64,000 nucleotides of DNA from an uncultured virus (IMG/VR IMGVR_UViG_3300042691_034547) (taxonomy: Duplodnaviria; Heunggongvirae; Uroviricota; Caudoviricetes). Position 1 is the stretch's first letter, and every line of letters begins with the position of its first letter. This document shows, in pieces, positions 10,802-21,301 of this stretch. Both the position numbers and the translations under genes were made by a program. Location of the stretch: IMG/VR virus record IMGVR_UViG_3300042691_034547, one strand, 5' to 3'. The notes below the pieces were generated by a model. The model had not been told where the DNA came from and did not search any database. It saw nothing but the letters and a program-made list of their open reading frames with translations.

Positions 10802-12865
10802 ATGACATCAATGAATGGGACGCTTACAAACATAACCTATCGGTATTTTCTTACCGATTTAGTTTCTAATCAGGTTATAGCTGAGCTTCCTTTTACTGGA
10901 GTTTCTTACGAAAGACAGCTTCGCAAAGCAGGAAATTTTTCTGGAAGTATTCCAGTAGTTGCTGCAACAGAAAAGCTAAATATTTATGAAGCAACTATGC
11001 CTGGCAGAACTGGTCTTTATGTAATGCGTAATGATGTTTGCGTTTGGGGCGGCATCATATGGGCAAGAGAATATAGTGAATCAAATAAAACTCTTAGCGT
11101 AGATGCATCAGAATTTACAAGTTATTTTTATCATAGACACATATGGCAAACTTTAATTTACGGATCAGAATATTTAGGAGTTGCTTCATTTTCTGTTACT
11201 AATGGTGTGGCAACTATAGAAACAGAAGTTGCTCATAATCTTAAAGTTGGAGACTTTGTAAAAGTTACCTTTACAAATCCCACAGTTGATGGAACTCATC
11301 AAATAACTGCTATTACATCAGCAGTTAGATTTAGCTATGTTGTAGCTGCTCCTAATGTAGGAACTACAGTAATTACTAGCGGAGCTGCAAGAAAACTTAT
11401 AGATACTTATGACTTTGTAAGAGATCTTGTATTTCAGGTAGCTACAGACATATCTGTAACAACTGACGCTAGACCAGGTTTATTTGCAAATGATGTAATA
11501 GAGCCAGGAAAAACTATAGAAGTAGCTGTTATATCTAAGAAAAGAGATGAAGGAAAAGTAACTTTAAAAACTTTAAATCCTCACGATCTTGTTCCAGGTC
11601 AAGAATTTGAAGTAATAGAAGTAGATACCACCTTTAATGGATACCACACAGTTACTGATGTCCCAGATGAAAACACTGTAGTTTTTGAAGATAGAGGATC
11701 TAACTTACTACTTACTACTTTGCCAGGTATAAAAACTTTCTATGTAACAAATAGATCTCTTACAAACAATGTGGCAACTATTACAACTCATCTTCCTCAC
11801 GGAGCTGGTATTGGTCAAAAAGTTACTCTTTCTGGTGTTGACTCTTTCTTCAACGAAAGACTAGATCAAAATTTTGACGGAACTTTTACAATAACTGCAG
11901 TAACAAGCAATACTATAAGTTATTTAAAAGAAAGTATTGTAAATATTCCAGCTGCTGCAGTTTCTGGCGGTACAGCTACTGTTGGAAGTAAGATAGTTTA
12001 TGGAACATATGGACCCTATGCTTCTAATTCAGATTTAGATATTGAAGTAGGAACAAATGAAACAAGTGGTTTATACCAAGACACTCAAGTTCTTCGTGGA
12101 TTTGAGTTAAAGAGCGTTGGAGAGATTTTAGAAGACTACTCTAACAATATAAATGGTTTTGAATACAGAATTGACTGCGATTACGATCTATCTACCGCAT
12201 CTTTTACAAGAACATTTACACTTCTTAATATTGAAAACCCTAATCCTTTAGCCGATACAACATATCAATTAGATGATGCGGAGCGTCTAGGGTATAACCA
12301 AGTTGTATTCGAATATCCAGGTAGTATCTCTACATTTACTGTTCAAGAAAGCGCTGAAGACTCAGCAACTAGATTTTTTGTAGAAGGAAATATTTCAGAC
12401 CTGTCTGATGCAGCAAGCCAACCATATGCAGTTGCAGCAGATACTTCTCTGCTCAACAATCAGTTTGGTAGAAGTTGGCCTTTACTTGATCAGGTAGAAG
12501 TAGTAAATAACACTGGTGATGAAGATGTTCTTTATGAGTACGCTCAAGAGTATTTATATGAATCAAAACCTCCTATTGGAGAGTTTAATTTAACTGTAAA
12601 TGGATCTTTAACACCTGTAATTGGTAGCTATGCTCCAGGAGATTGGTGTTCTCTTATTATCGATGATCCTTTTGTTTTGGCTCGTCTTGAAAGTGATCAA
12701 GAGCCAAGAAATGACATTATTGTAAGAAAGATTGCTTCATACAAAGTAAGTGTTCCAGACAACCCATCATTTCCAGAAACTGTAGACTTAGAACTTATTA
12801 CAGACTGGAAAGTTGATAGAGCTGGAGAAGAAGCTGGTCTAACTAGAAATGTTGAAGGAGACTAA
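10802..12865 (+). CDS. Minor tail / baseplate hub protein (actinophage Gp37-like) with 3 AHG repeats
   Basis: YRYFLTDL...ELP...VWGGIIW N-terminus and FEYPG motif; position after Dit. Confidence 0.7.
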   Translation: MTSMNGTLTNITYRYFLTDLVSNQVIAELPFTGVSYERQLRKAGNFSGSIPVVAATEKLNIYEATMPGRTGLYVMRNDVCVWGGIIWAREYSESNKTLSVDASEFTSYFYHRHIWQTLIYGSEYLGVASFSVTNGVATIETEVAHNLKVGDFVKVTFTNPTVDGTHQITAITSAVRFSYVVAAPNVGTTVITSGAARKLIDTYDFVRDLVFQVATDISVTTDARPGLFANDVIEPGKTIEVAVISKKRDEGKVTLKTLNPHDLVPGQEFEVIEVDTTFNGYHTVTDVPDENTVVFEDRGSNLLLTTLPGIKTFYVTNRSLTNNVATITTHLPHGAGIGQKVTLSGVDSFFNERLDQNFDGTFTITAVTSNTISYLKESIVNIPAAAVSGGTATVGSKIVYGTYGPYASNSDLDIEVGTNETSGLYQDTQVLRGFELKSVGEILEDYSNNINGFEYRIDCDYDLSTASFTRTFTLLNIENPNPLADTTYQLDDAERLGYNQVVFEYPGSISTFTVQESAEDSATRFFVEGNISDLSDAASQPYAVAADTSLLNNQFGRSWPLLDQVEVVNNTGDEDVLYEYAQEYLYESKPPIGEFNLTVNGSLTPVIGSYAPGDWCSLIIDDPFVLARLESDQEPRNDIIVRKIASYKVSVPDNPSFPETVDLELITDWKVDRAGEEAGLTRNVEGD

Positions 12866-12867
12866 TA

Positions 12868-14499
12868 ATGGCAACTAGACGCAGGTCTCGTAGAAAAAGT
12901 ATCTCTGGAAATCTTACTGATATTCAAAAGCGTGTTAGATATCTTGAAACTAGACCAGCGCCTGGAAGACTAGCTTCTAAAGTAGTAGCAACTAAAAATC
13001 TAGCTTTAAGAGCTGTAGAAGAAGATACTGTTGCAGATAATGCAATTGTTCGTAGAGCTATAGCATCTGGAGCGGTTGGAACTGGTCAAATTGAGCAAGA
13101 CTCAATTACTAATGCTCTTATTGCAACAAACGCAGTTAATACAGATTCTATTGCCCCTAATGCTATTACTAGTGACGAAATAGCTAGTGGAGCTGTAGGA
13201 ACTCCAGAACTAGCAACAGATGCAGTTACTACAGACAAAATTGCTACAGATGCCGTAACAAATAATGAAGTTGCAGCAAATGCTGTTGGCACAAATGAAA
13301 TTCAAAATTTTGCAGTTACTACTGACAAATTAGCAAGTAGTGCTGTTACTACAGATAAAATAGGTGACTCTCAAGTAACAGACGCAAAAATAGCTGGAAT
13401 ATCTGGTTCAAAGATTATTGGCGGCGTAGACGGAGCTCTTATTGTAAGTGGAACTGTTACAAATGCTAAATTAGCTGACGACACTATTACAGGAGCAAAA
13501 ATTGCTGCTGGAGCTATATCAGATAGTGAATTAGCATCTAATGCTGTTTTAGAAGCAAAAATTATAGATGGAGCTGTTACAACAAACAAAATAAGAGCTT
13601 CAGCAGTTACAGAGCTTAAAATGGCTGCAGACTCTGTTCGAGGAAACCTCCATATTATCGATGGAACTATTCTTGCCGACCAGCTGAGTACAGGTTGTGT
13701 CACAACTGACAAAATATTTGCAGGTGCTGTAACTGGAATAAGAATTGCAGACTCAGCTATAACTCTTGGAAAAATAGCTGATTCAGCTGTAGGAAATGCA
13801 AAAATTGCAAATGCTGCAATTACAAATGAAAAAATAGCTGCTGGAGCAATTACCATTGGAAAAATTAGCGGCGGAGCAAGCATTGTAACTTCTATAAATT
13901 CATCTGGTGTAGGGGTTTCTTTTTCCAACACTGCTAACGCCAACGGAAGAGGTTATACATTAACGGTTAGTACTGGAACTGGTTCTAACCAGCTAGCTGT
14001 TGGAAACCATACACATACAGCTGGAGGAGTACCTGCTCACACTCACACAGTACTTTCAGGTGCAAGTTACGCTATTAATAACAGCGGCTCCCACAACCAC
14101 GGTGGGACTACTACTAGTACCACTCACAGTCACGGATTAAGCCTTCCAAACTTTTCAACAGGTCAGCCAATTACCTCTACTTTAAAGTTAAAGAAAGAAA
14201 TACAAGATCACAGTTTTGACCCTAAAAAACTACTTAACTTAAAACTTAAAAAATATAAATATAAAAACGAAGTTAGACATCTTCAAGATAGTATGCATAG
14301 AGAATGGATGTTTGGCTATATTGCTGAAGAAGTTCAAGAATTAGGGATAGAAGAGATACTTGGATATGACTCGGAAGGTCAGGTAAATTCTTTACAATAC
14401 GGAATTCTTGCGACACTAGCAATTGAACTTATCAAAGTACAGCAAGATGAGATAGACTCTCTTAAAGAAGAGATTCAGAGACTGAAGGAAAAGATATGA
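12868..14499 (+). CDS. Tail fibre with 10-aa repeats, HxH motifs and a C-terminal intramolecular chaperone (S74-like)
   Basis: Repeats like DGAVTTNKIA; HTH, HNH and HSH motifs; LKKEI...FGYIAEEV and terminal coiled coil. Confidence 0.75.
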   Translation: MATRRRSRRKSISGNLTDIQKRVRYLETRPAPGRLASKVVATKNLALRAVEEDTVADNAIVRRAIASGAVGTGQIEQDSITNALIATNAVNTDSIAPNAITSDEIASGAVGTPELATDAVTTDKIATDAVTNNEVAANAVGTNEIQNFAVTTDKLASSAVTTDKIGDSQVTDAKIAGISGSKIIGGVDGALIVSGTVTNAKLADDTITGAKIAAGAISDSELASNAVLEAKIIDGAVTTNKIRASAVTELKMAADSVRGNLHIIDGTILADQLSTGCVTTDKIFAGAVTGIRIADSAITLGKIADSAVGNAKIANAAITNEKIAAGAITIGKISGGASIVTSINSSGVGVSFSNTANANGRGYTLTVSTGTGSNQLAVGNHTHTAGGVPAHTHTVLSGASYAINNSGSHNHGGTTTSTTHSHGLSLPNFSTGQPITSTLKLKKEIQDHSFDPKKLLNLKLKKYKYKNEVRHLQDSMHREWMFGYIAEEVQELGIEEILGYDSEGQVNSLQYGILATLAIELIKVQQDEIDSLKEEIQRLKEKI

Positions 14500-14939
14500 T
14501 ATCTTACGAACCTAATTATGAAGTAGGAAATAAGCCATATATTTGTAAAGTATTTACAGCTTCTAATGGAGAAGAACTTCACACTGCACTTAATTTTTCA
14601 AATGAAAATGAAAGAGAAGAATTTTCTCCAGAACTCATATACCAGCATATGAACAATCTACTTCAATACATCCGCGATGAATCTCAGAATCTGTCTATGA
14701 TTCCTTTAGACGAACCCATTGGAAGTAATGCTTTTTCTATAAAAAACTGGGAAAAAATAGAGTGGGCTCAAAGAGAGATTTACTTTTGGTGGAATTACAT
14801 TTACTTTCACCCAGAAAGTCCAGCAAGTAATCAAATAATAACAATTACAGAACATGAAGACGACCACAGTCATGATCCAGTAACAGGCGAAGAAATACCT
14901 AACACTCCTACTGGTCCAACTGCTGGAGGAGGAGAATAG
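14496..14939 (+). CDS. Hypothetical protein
   Basis: ATGA overlap with the fibre gene; 147 aa. Confidence 0.6.
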   Translation: MISYEPNYEVGNKPYICKVFTASNGEELHTALNFSNENEREEFSPELIYQHMNNLLQYIRDESQNLSMIPLDEPIGSNAFSIKNWEKIEWAQREIYFWWNYIYFHPESPASNQIITITEHEDDHSHDPVTGEEIPNTPTGPTAGGGE

Positions 14940-14942
14940 TAA

Positions 14943-15413
14943 ATGCATGAAGTAAAAGACGGCTCTAGAACTCTTCAGTTCAACGGGCGACTTTTAGGAG
15001 AGTCTTCTTCATGGCGCAGAGGATCTACTCGTTGGATTGAATTTAAGCTATATAAAACCGAAAACGGTTCTTATATCCTATCTAGAGTAGGAGTGTCAAT
15101 AGTTTTTCACACCCCCACTTGTCCTTTAGTAAAAAGATACGGGCTTAAAGAGGGATCTACAGAGGAGCTATCTGATAATTCTCTCCCTTGCGAAGAGTGC
15201 AATCCTTCGTATGATTTACCCATAATCTTTCCAGAAACAGATAGAAACTGGGCTCAAGTAAGCGAAGACCCCGACGCGGTGCTTGATGCCCTTTACAAAT
15301 ATGATGCTGGTGGTGCAAGATATCTTACTAATGTGGCTCAAAGGCTGCTTGAAAGAGCATCTATTAATGACCCTAGGATTGAAGCTATATATCAGGTGGA
15401 GATAATCCCCTAA
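14943..15413 (+). CDS. Hypothetical protein (possible Zn-binding)
   Basis: GGAGGAG RBS; H-x3-C and CEEC motifs. Confidence 0.65.
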   Translation: MHEVKDGSRTLQFNGRLLGESSSWRRGSTRWIEFKLYKTENGSYILSRVGVSIVFHTPTCPLVKRYGLKEGSTEELSDNSLPCEECNPSYDLPIIFPETDRNWAQVSEDPDAVLDALYKYDAGGARYLTNVAQRLLERASINDPRIEAIYQVEIIP

Positions 15414-15437
15414 CAGAGTAGAAAGAAGTGACGAGTA

Positions 15438-17261
15438 GTGACAAATGGACTTGGTGATGTACAACTTCATCTAGTTGACTCCGTGCATAAAGCTAGAGAG
15501 TTTATTGCTTGGCTTGGAGAACGCAGACCTTATAACGCTATTGCAATTGATACTGAAACTGGCGAATTGCCTGGCGGAAGAAGAGAAGATGCTTTATCTC
15601 CTTGGCATGGAAAATTACGCCTTGTCCAAGTTGGAGATGGAATGCAAGGCTGGTCTATTCCGTGGGACGAGTGGTCTGGTGTCTTTTACGAAGCAATGGA
15701 TAAATTTGATGGACCCATTGTCTGTCACAACATAGCCTTCGAAGCTCGTTGGTTTGAAATTCAATCTCGTTGGCGTATTCCATGGGAGCGTGCACATGAC
15801 ACGATGATTATGGCTCACATCATTGATCCACTTGGATCTGGTGCTCTCAAGCCTTTATCTGCTCTCTATGTAGACTCAAAAGCTGTAGCGATGCAAGAAG
15901 GTTTAGATATTGCTTTGATTGATAATGGTTGGACTTGGGGAACTGTTCCTACTAACTTTGAACCATTCTGGCTTTATGGTGCTCTTGATCCTGTTCTAAC
16001 AATGCGTTTATGGGAAATCTTCTATAAGAAGTGTGGACCTGAAGGCCCATACAATCGTGCTTACGAACTTGAGATGGCAACACGCAAAATTGTTACTCGT
16101 ATGGAAATTAATGGTGCTCGAGTTGATCTTGACTACTCCAAGAAAAAGTATGAAGAACTTATCGACTACTCTGATTCTGTAAAGAAATGGGCAAAAGATA
16201 CTTACGGCGGACTTAGCATTACAAGCAACATTCAACTTGTTCGTTTGTTTGAAGGTCTTGGCGCAGATATTACAGAGACAACTCCATCAGGAGCAAAGTC
16301 TGCATCCAAAGACCAGCTTAAACTTTTAATGATTAACGGCAATGACGAGGTAAAAAATCTTGCTGACATAGTTCTAAAACAACGCAAGGCAGATAAGCTT
16401 GCCAATACCTACTTCTCAAACTTCATGAGCAAGTCAATTAACGGCATAGTTCATCCATCCGTAAAGACTCTTGGCGCTCGCACATCTCGTATGTCTATTA
16501 CTGACCCAGCGCTGCAGACTCTTCCAAAGGGAGATGACACAGTACGCACAGCCTTTATTCCAAGAGAAGATGACCATGTAATTATCACTTCAGACTTGGA
16601 TCAGGTTGAATTTCGAATGTTTGCATCTTTGTCAGATGATGAAAACTTGATCAAACTATTTCATCATGCAGATGCAACTGGCTCGGATCCGTTTACTGAA
16701 ATTGGTCGTCAGGTTTATCAGGAACCAAACATGCAAAAGTCCGATAAACGCCGTAACCTAATAAAAGGCGTTGTCTACGGACGACTCTACGGAGCAGGTG
16801 TAGCAAAGCAAGCCCTTACTGCAGGAGTTCCAGAACCACAGATGCGTTCTGTATCAGATTCATTTGATGCTAACTATCCAGGTATGGCTGTATTTCAAAA
16901 GCAAGTAGACCATATAGGTCAGACAAGACTTCGCAATGAAGGTCAAGGCTATGTTCATACATGGACAGGTCGCCGTATCCCCTGCGATGAAGACCGCACT
17001 TACACACTGGTGAATTACCTGATTCAAGGTGGAGCTGCAGAAGTATTTAAATCAAACCTTGTAAAGCTTGACCAAGCAGATCTTACGGACTACCTTATCG
17101 TTCCAGTGCACGACGAAATTGTATTAGAGGCTCCACGCAAAGATGCCGAGGAGATTAAGCAACTAGTTCGTCAATGTATGACTACAACTGAAGGTTGGGC
17201 AGTACCGTTGACAGCAGATGTTGATGGTCCTCTAGAGAACTGGGGTCAAAAGTACAAGTGA
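15438..17261 (+). CDS. polA: DNA polymerase family A (3'-5' exonuclease plus polymerase, no 5'-3' exonuclease)
   Basis: ExoI AIDTET, ExoIII YGALD, motif A DLDQVEFR, motif B RNLIKGVVYGRLYG, motif C VHDEIV. Confidence 0.95.
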   Translation: MTNGLGDVQLHLVDSVHKAREFIAWLGERRPYNAIAIDTETGELPGGRREDALSPWHGKLRLVQVGDGMQGWSIPWDEWSGVFYEAMDKFDGPIVCHNIAFEARWFEIQSRWRIPWERAHDTMIMAHIIDPLGSGALKPLSALYVDSKAVAMQEGLDIALIDNGWTWGTVPTNFEPFWLYGALDPVLTMRLWEIFYKKCGPEGPYNRAYELEMATRKIVTRMEINGARVDLDYSKKKYEELIDYSDSVKKWAKDTYGGLSITSNIQLVRLFEGLGADITETTPSGAKSASKDQLKLLMINGNDEVKNLADIVLKQRKADKLANTYFSNFMSKSINGIVHPSVKTLGARTSRMSITDPALQTLPKGDDTVRTAFIPREDDHVIITSDLDQVEFRMFASLSDDENLIKLFHHADATGSDPFTEIGRQVYQEPNMQKSDKRRNLIKGVVYGRLYGAGVAKQALTAGVPEPQMRSVSDSFDANYPGMAVFQKQVDHIGQTRLRNEGQGYVHTWTGRRIPCDEDRTYTLVNYLIQGGAAEVFKSNLVKLDQADLTDYLIVPVHDEIVLEAPRKDAEEIKQLVRQCMTTTEGWAVPLTADVDGPLENWGQKYK

Positions 17262-17716
17262 AATATGTTCTAGCTGTAGATCCAGGAAAAGCCAGCGGTA
17301 TTGTTTTTATGTCTTTGGAAGATGATGCTCCGAAAAAAATTGCTTCCATAGAGGCTCAACCACACGAGTTTGCACAGAACATAGATTTGTTTTTAGATGG
17401 ATGGAAGCAGAGAGGCGATTTCACAGTTGTCTGCGAGCGCTTTACTATTAATGCTCAGACAGTTCGTAACTCTCAAGCTCCCTATAGTCTTGAGCAGATT
17501 GGGGTATTAAAGCATCTATGCCGTGTAAGAAATTACGACACAGAAAGTATTATATTTCAGTCCCCCGCTGATGCCAAAGCAATGTTTCCTAATGAAGCGC
17601 TAAAAAAGATTGGGGCATGGCATGTAGGAGGAGAAGGGCATGCAAATGACGCTATGCGACACGCCCTACTAAGACTTGTCAAAACAGGATGGAAACCAAG
17701 AGTTCTGCTAGACTAA
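17258..17716 (+). CDS. RuvC-like Holliday junction resolvase
   Basis: VLAVDPGKASG, VVCE and HANDAMRH motifs. Confidence 0.75.
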   Translation: MKYVLAVDPGKASGIVFMSLEDDAPKKIASIEAQPHEFAQNIDLFLDGWKQRGDFTVVCERFTINAQTVRNSQAPYSLEQIGVLKHLCRVRNYDTESIIFQSPADAKAMFPNEALKKIGAWHVGGEGHANDAMRHALLRLVKTGWKPRVLLD

Positions 17717-17717
17717 G

Positions 17718-17760
17718 ATGCGGTAAGATAAACTTCTTCAAAAAAGTTTTACAACCGCAT
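17718..17760 (+). other. Intergenic stem-loop
   Basis: ATGCGGT...ACCGCAT outer stem and AAACTT...AAGTTT inner stem. Confidence 0.45.
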
Positions 17761-17790
17761 ATGACATAATGACAGGGAAAAGAGGATAAG

Positions 17791-19590
17791 TTGTCCGTAA
17801 TAGCCGAAGTAGATGCCGATAAGAAACACATCTTATTGACTACTGACTGGCGCTACAAAGAGCTATGTAAAAGCCTTCCTGGAGCCTCATGGTCAGCCAA
17901 AGATCAAGTATGGAGAGCTCCTCTTAGCTGGACCACCTGTTTGGCTCTTAGATCGACCTTTAGAGACGGATTAACCATAGGTCCTGCCCTATCCGAGTGG
18001 GCAACTAATGAATTAAACACCCGTATTACCCCTTCAAACGCCCTCAGAGAGCTTGAGAGCGCAGATGGGGATGAAGACTTATTCCCGCATCAAAGAGCTG
18101 GCGTACAGTTCCTTAAAACGGCTCGTAAGGCTTTATTGGCTGATGAGCCCGGCTTAGGTAAAACTGCTCAAGCGATTCGTGCTTTAAAGGCTCTACAAGA
18201 CTCTGGAGAGCAGGTATTTCCAGCCCTTATTGTCTGCCCTAACACCCTAAAAAAGAACTGGGCTAGAGAGTTTCAGAAGTGGTGGCCGGGAGTTACTACC
18301 CAAGTAATTAAAGGAACTGCAGCCCAGCGCAAGAAGCAGTTCGATACTCCAGCAGATGTCTACATCATCAATTGGGAGTCGCTGCGTTCTCACTCAAGAC
18401 TGTCAGGCTATGGATCTATAGCCCTAGTTCACTGCAAGGCTTGTGGTGGCGAGAATGAAAGTGTCTCAGAGACCCGTTGCGAAGTTCATCCTCGTGAACT
18501 TAATAATATTGATTTTAAGGCTGTAGTGGCTGATGAAATCCATCGTTCTAAAGACCCTAAGTCAAAGCAGAGTCGTGCCCTTTGGTCTGCTACTGGAGAC
18601 GCTGAGATTCGTTTTGCGCTAACAGGAACTCCAATTGCTAACAATGTAGTTGACTTATGGGCAATCCTCCACTGGTTATCTCCAAAAGATTGGCCTAGCA
18701 AGACCAAGTGGATTGATCGAATGATCGATGTCATGCTCAACGCTTTTGGCGGAATGATGGTTATTGGCGTTAAACCAACCATGCAAGATGAGTTTTACAA
18801 ATCAGTAAACCCAGTAATGCGTCGTATGCTCAAAAAAGTTGTGCTTCCACATCTACCACCAGTTATGACAGAACGCAGAGATGTTGAGATGTCTACAAAG
18901 CAGAAGAAAGCCTACGAGCAGATGCGAGATACGATGATTGCAGAACTTGAGTCTGGAGATGCTCTTACTGCTCCAAGTATTCTAACTCAAACAACTCGTT
19001 TGCTTCAGTTTGCTAGCTCTTATGCTGATATGGCAGTAGATGAGGCAACTGGTGAAATGAAGGCAATTCTTACAGAGCCTTCCTGCAAAGTCGATGCTCT
19101 TATGGACGATATTGATAATGGAGATTTTGGCGATGACTCGGTTGCCGTCTGTGCTGTATCTCGTCAGCTAATAGATCTTCTTAGCGCTGCTATGACCAAA
19201 GCAAAGATTCCTCATGGTCTAATAACTGGCGCACAAAGCGAAGATGAAAGACAAAAGGCAGTAGATGATTTCCAAGAAGGTCGTATCAAATGGATTCTAT
19301 TCACGGCACAGGCTGGAGGAGTGGGCATAACCTTGACTGCAGCTCGCCGTTTAGTTATGCTTCAAAGACCGTGGTCATTAGTTGATCACAAACAAGCTCT
19401 AGACCGTGTTCATCGCATTGGTAGCGAGATTCACGACTCCATCTTGATTATGGACTATGTAACAGAAGGAACTATCGAAGAACGAGTTCTTCAAGTTCTA
19501 GAAACAAAGTCTGACAACTTCGAACAGATTGTTCGAGATAGGGATCAGTTGATGAAACTATTAAAAGATGACAAGGCAGGTTCACTATGA
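17791..19590 (+). CDS. SNF2-family helicase / ATPase
   Basis: LADEPGLGKT, DEIH, LTGTP, GGVGITL and QALDRVHRIG motifs. Confidence 0.93.
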   Translation: MSVIAEVDADKKHILLTTDWRYKELCKSLPGASWSAKDQVWRAPLSWTTCLALRSTFRDGLTIGPALSEWATNELNTRITPSNALRELESADGDEDLFPHQRAGVQFLKTARKALLADEPGLGKTAQAIRALKALQDSGEQVFPALIVCPNTLKKNWAREFQKWWPGVTTQVIKGTAAQRKKQFDTPADVYIINWESLRSHSRLSGYGSIALVHCKACGGENESVSETRCEVHPRELNNIDFKAVVADEIHRSKDPKSKQSRALWSATGDAEIRFALTGTPIANNVVDLWAILHWLSPKDWPSKTKWIDRMIDVMLNAFGGMMVIGVKPTMQDEFYKSVNPVMRRMLKKVVLPHLPPVMTERRDVEMSTKQKKAYEQMRDTMIAELESGDALTAPSILTQTTRLLQFASSYADMAVDEATGEMKAILTEPSCKVDALMDDIDNGDFGDDSVAVCAVSRQLIDLLSAAMTKAKIPHGLITGAQSEDERQKAVDDFQEGRIKWILFTAQAGGVGITLTAARRLVMLQRPWSLVDHKQALDRVHRIGSEIHDSILIMDYVTEGTIEERVLQVLETKSDNFEQIVRDRDQLMKLLKDDKAGSL

Positions 19591-20516
19591 CAGAACCAAT
19601 AAGACTCTCTAACTCAGAGTTACAAACATTCAAAGATTGCCGTCGCAAGTGGTGGCTTACTTACTATCGTAGATTGCAACCTAAATATAAAGACACAACT
19701 GGTGCTTTAGCTTTTGGTAGCCGTATTCACGCAGCGCTAGACGCACATTACGCACAAGGAACTCCTCTACTAAAAGCTCACGCTGATCTTGTTGATGTAG
19801 ATCGTCAAGCGCTTTTGGCAGACTTTCAAGATACCTTTCAGCTAGAACAAGAAGCTGAGATGGGTCGCATCATGCTTGAGGGTTATGAGCAATGGGTAGA
19901 AGAAAATGGAATTGATGCAGAGCTAGAAGTTATCTCTACCGAAGAAACAATAATTGCTCCGCTATTCAATGGAGAAGTTGAGCTACAAGGAAAGCTTGAC
20001 ATGCGTGTTCGTCGCAAAGCTGACGGAGTTCGTATGTTTCGTGACTTCAAGACTGTTGGTGGATCATTAAGCGACTTTGCTAACTTAGCAAATATGAACG
20101 AGCAGGTTCTTACCTACATGCTTTTGGAATCTACCAAGCGAGATGAGGCTGACCGAGCTGAAGGTGGCATTTTTACAATGCTAAAAAAGGTAAAGCGCAC
20201 AGCTGCTGCTCGCCCTCCCTTCTATGATCAAATTGAAGTTCGACATAATATTTTTACAATGCGTTCTTTTTGGAATCGCATTCATGGAACTATTGCAGAT
20301 TTAATGAGAGTTAGAAAAGGATTAGATGAAGGCGGAGAACCTGCCTATCTTGCGTACCCACGACCAACTCGTGACTGCAAGTGGAAGTGCCAATTCTTCG
20401 CTATATGCCCAATGTTCGACGACGGAAGCGCCGCTGAACAGGCACTTAGCGATTCATATGAGGTCGCAGACCCATATGCGTACTACGAAACAACCGAGAA
20501 AAAAGGAAGCGAGTGA
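19587..20516 (+). CDS. PD-(D/E)XK Cas4/RecB-like exonuclease
   Basis: N-terminal C-RKWW, GKLD...DFKT, Q-x3-Y and C-terminal CKWKC-x5-C cluster. Confidence 0.85.
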   Translation: MTEPIRLSNSELQTFKDCRRKWWLTYYRRLQPKYKDTTGALAFGSRIHAALDAHYAQGTPLLKAHADLVDVDRQALLADFQDTFQLEQEAEMGRIMLEGYEQWVEENGIDAELEVISTEETIIAPLFNGEVELQGKLDMRVRRKADGVRMFRDFKTVGGSLSDFANLANMNEQVLTYMLLESTKRDEADRAEGGIFTMLKKVKRTAAARPPFYDQIEVRHNIFTMRSFWNRIHGTIADLMRVRKGLDEGGEPAYLAYPRPTRDCKWKCQFFAICPMFDDGSAAEQALSDSYEVADPYAYYETTEKKGSE

Positions 20517-21301
20517 CGATGAGCGAAATTCAACGCTCTCTTACTGTAATGGTGTACGGAGAGAGCAAGGTTGGTAAATCAAGTCTTGCTGTCACCGCAC
20601 CTTACCCACGACTCATGCTTGATGTAGAAGGCGGTCACAGGTTCTTGCCTATCGTCGTCAAGTATTGGGATCCATTGCGAGAGGAACCACCTCTAGCAGA
20701 CGGTACTTGGGACACAGTTGTAGTTACAGTTCGTGATTACGACACAGTGCTCAAGACTTATCAGTGGTTGCAACTTGGAAAGCACCACTTTAAGAGTCTA
20801 ATTATTGACTCAGTATCTGAACTTCAAGTTAAATGCTTGGAGAACATTGCTGGTGTTAATCAAATGACTCAGCAGCAGTGGGGTGAATTGCTTCGTCATA
20901 TGGGTGGTCTTTTGCGAGATCTCCGTGACTTAACTATGCACCCAACTAACGCACTAGAAGCAGTAGTGCTTACTGCAATGGCTAGAACTGATAAGGATGG
21001 TCGTTATCGTCCATACCTTCAAGGACAGCTTGCAATTCAAGCACCATACTTCTACGACATTCTGGGAGCAATTACCGTTGAAGAACGGATGAACCCAGAT
21101 CCAACTCAACTGCCATACAAAGTTCGTCGTATGTATGTTGAGAGAACAAATCAATACGAAGCTGGCGAGCGTGTCCAAGGACGACTCGGCAAAATCGTAG
21201 AGCAACAAGACATGTCAATTGAGCGAATGCTCGACATTGTTTTTGGACCAAAACAAGCAGCGGCAGCTGAAACAACAACACAGAAAGAAGGCACTAAGTG
21301 A
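20513..21301 (+). CDS. Sak4-like AAA ATPase (recombination/annealing protein)
   Basis: YGESKVGKS Walker A and IIDSVSE Walker B; lies between exonuclease and SSB genes. Confidence 0.8.
   Translation: MTMSEIQRSLTVMVYGESKVGKSSLAVTAPYPRLMLDVEGGHRFLPIVVKYWDPLREEPPLADGTWDTVVVTVRDYDTVLKTYQWLQLGKHHFKSLIIDSVSELQVKCLENIAGVNQMTQQQWGELLRHMGGLLRDLRDLTMHPTNALEAVVLTAMARTDKDGRYRPYLQGQLAIQAPYFYDILGAITVEERMNPDPTQLPYKVRRMYVERTNQYEAGERVQGRLGKIVEQQDMSIERMLDIVFGPKQAAAAETTTQKEGTK

Noticed and set aside
13086..13943. Antisense ORFs over the tail fibre, and similar ones over collagens and the PA14 gene (e.g. 57934..58467)
   Set aside because: Shadow ORFs caused by biased codon use in low-complexity genes; no recognisable motifs
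19587..20516. Cas4-like gene as part of a CRISPR-Cas system
   Set aside because: No cas1/cas2 or array; the exonuclease-Sak4-SSB context is a standard phage recombination module
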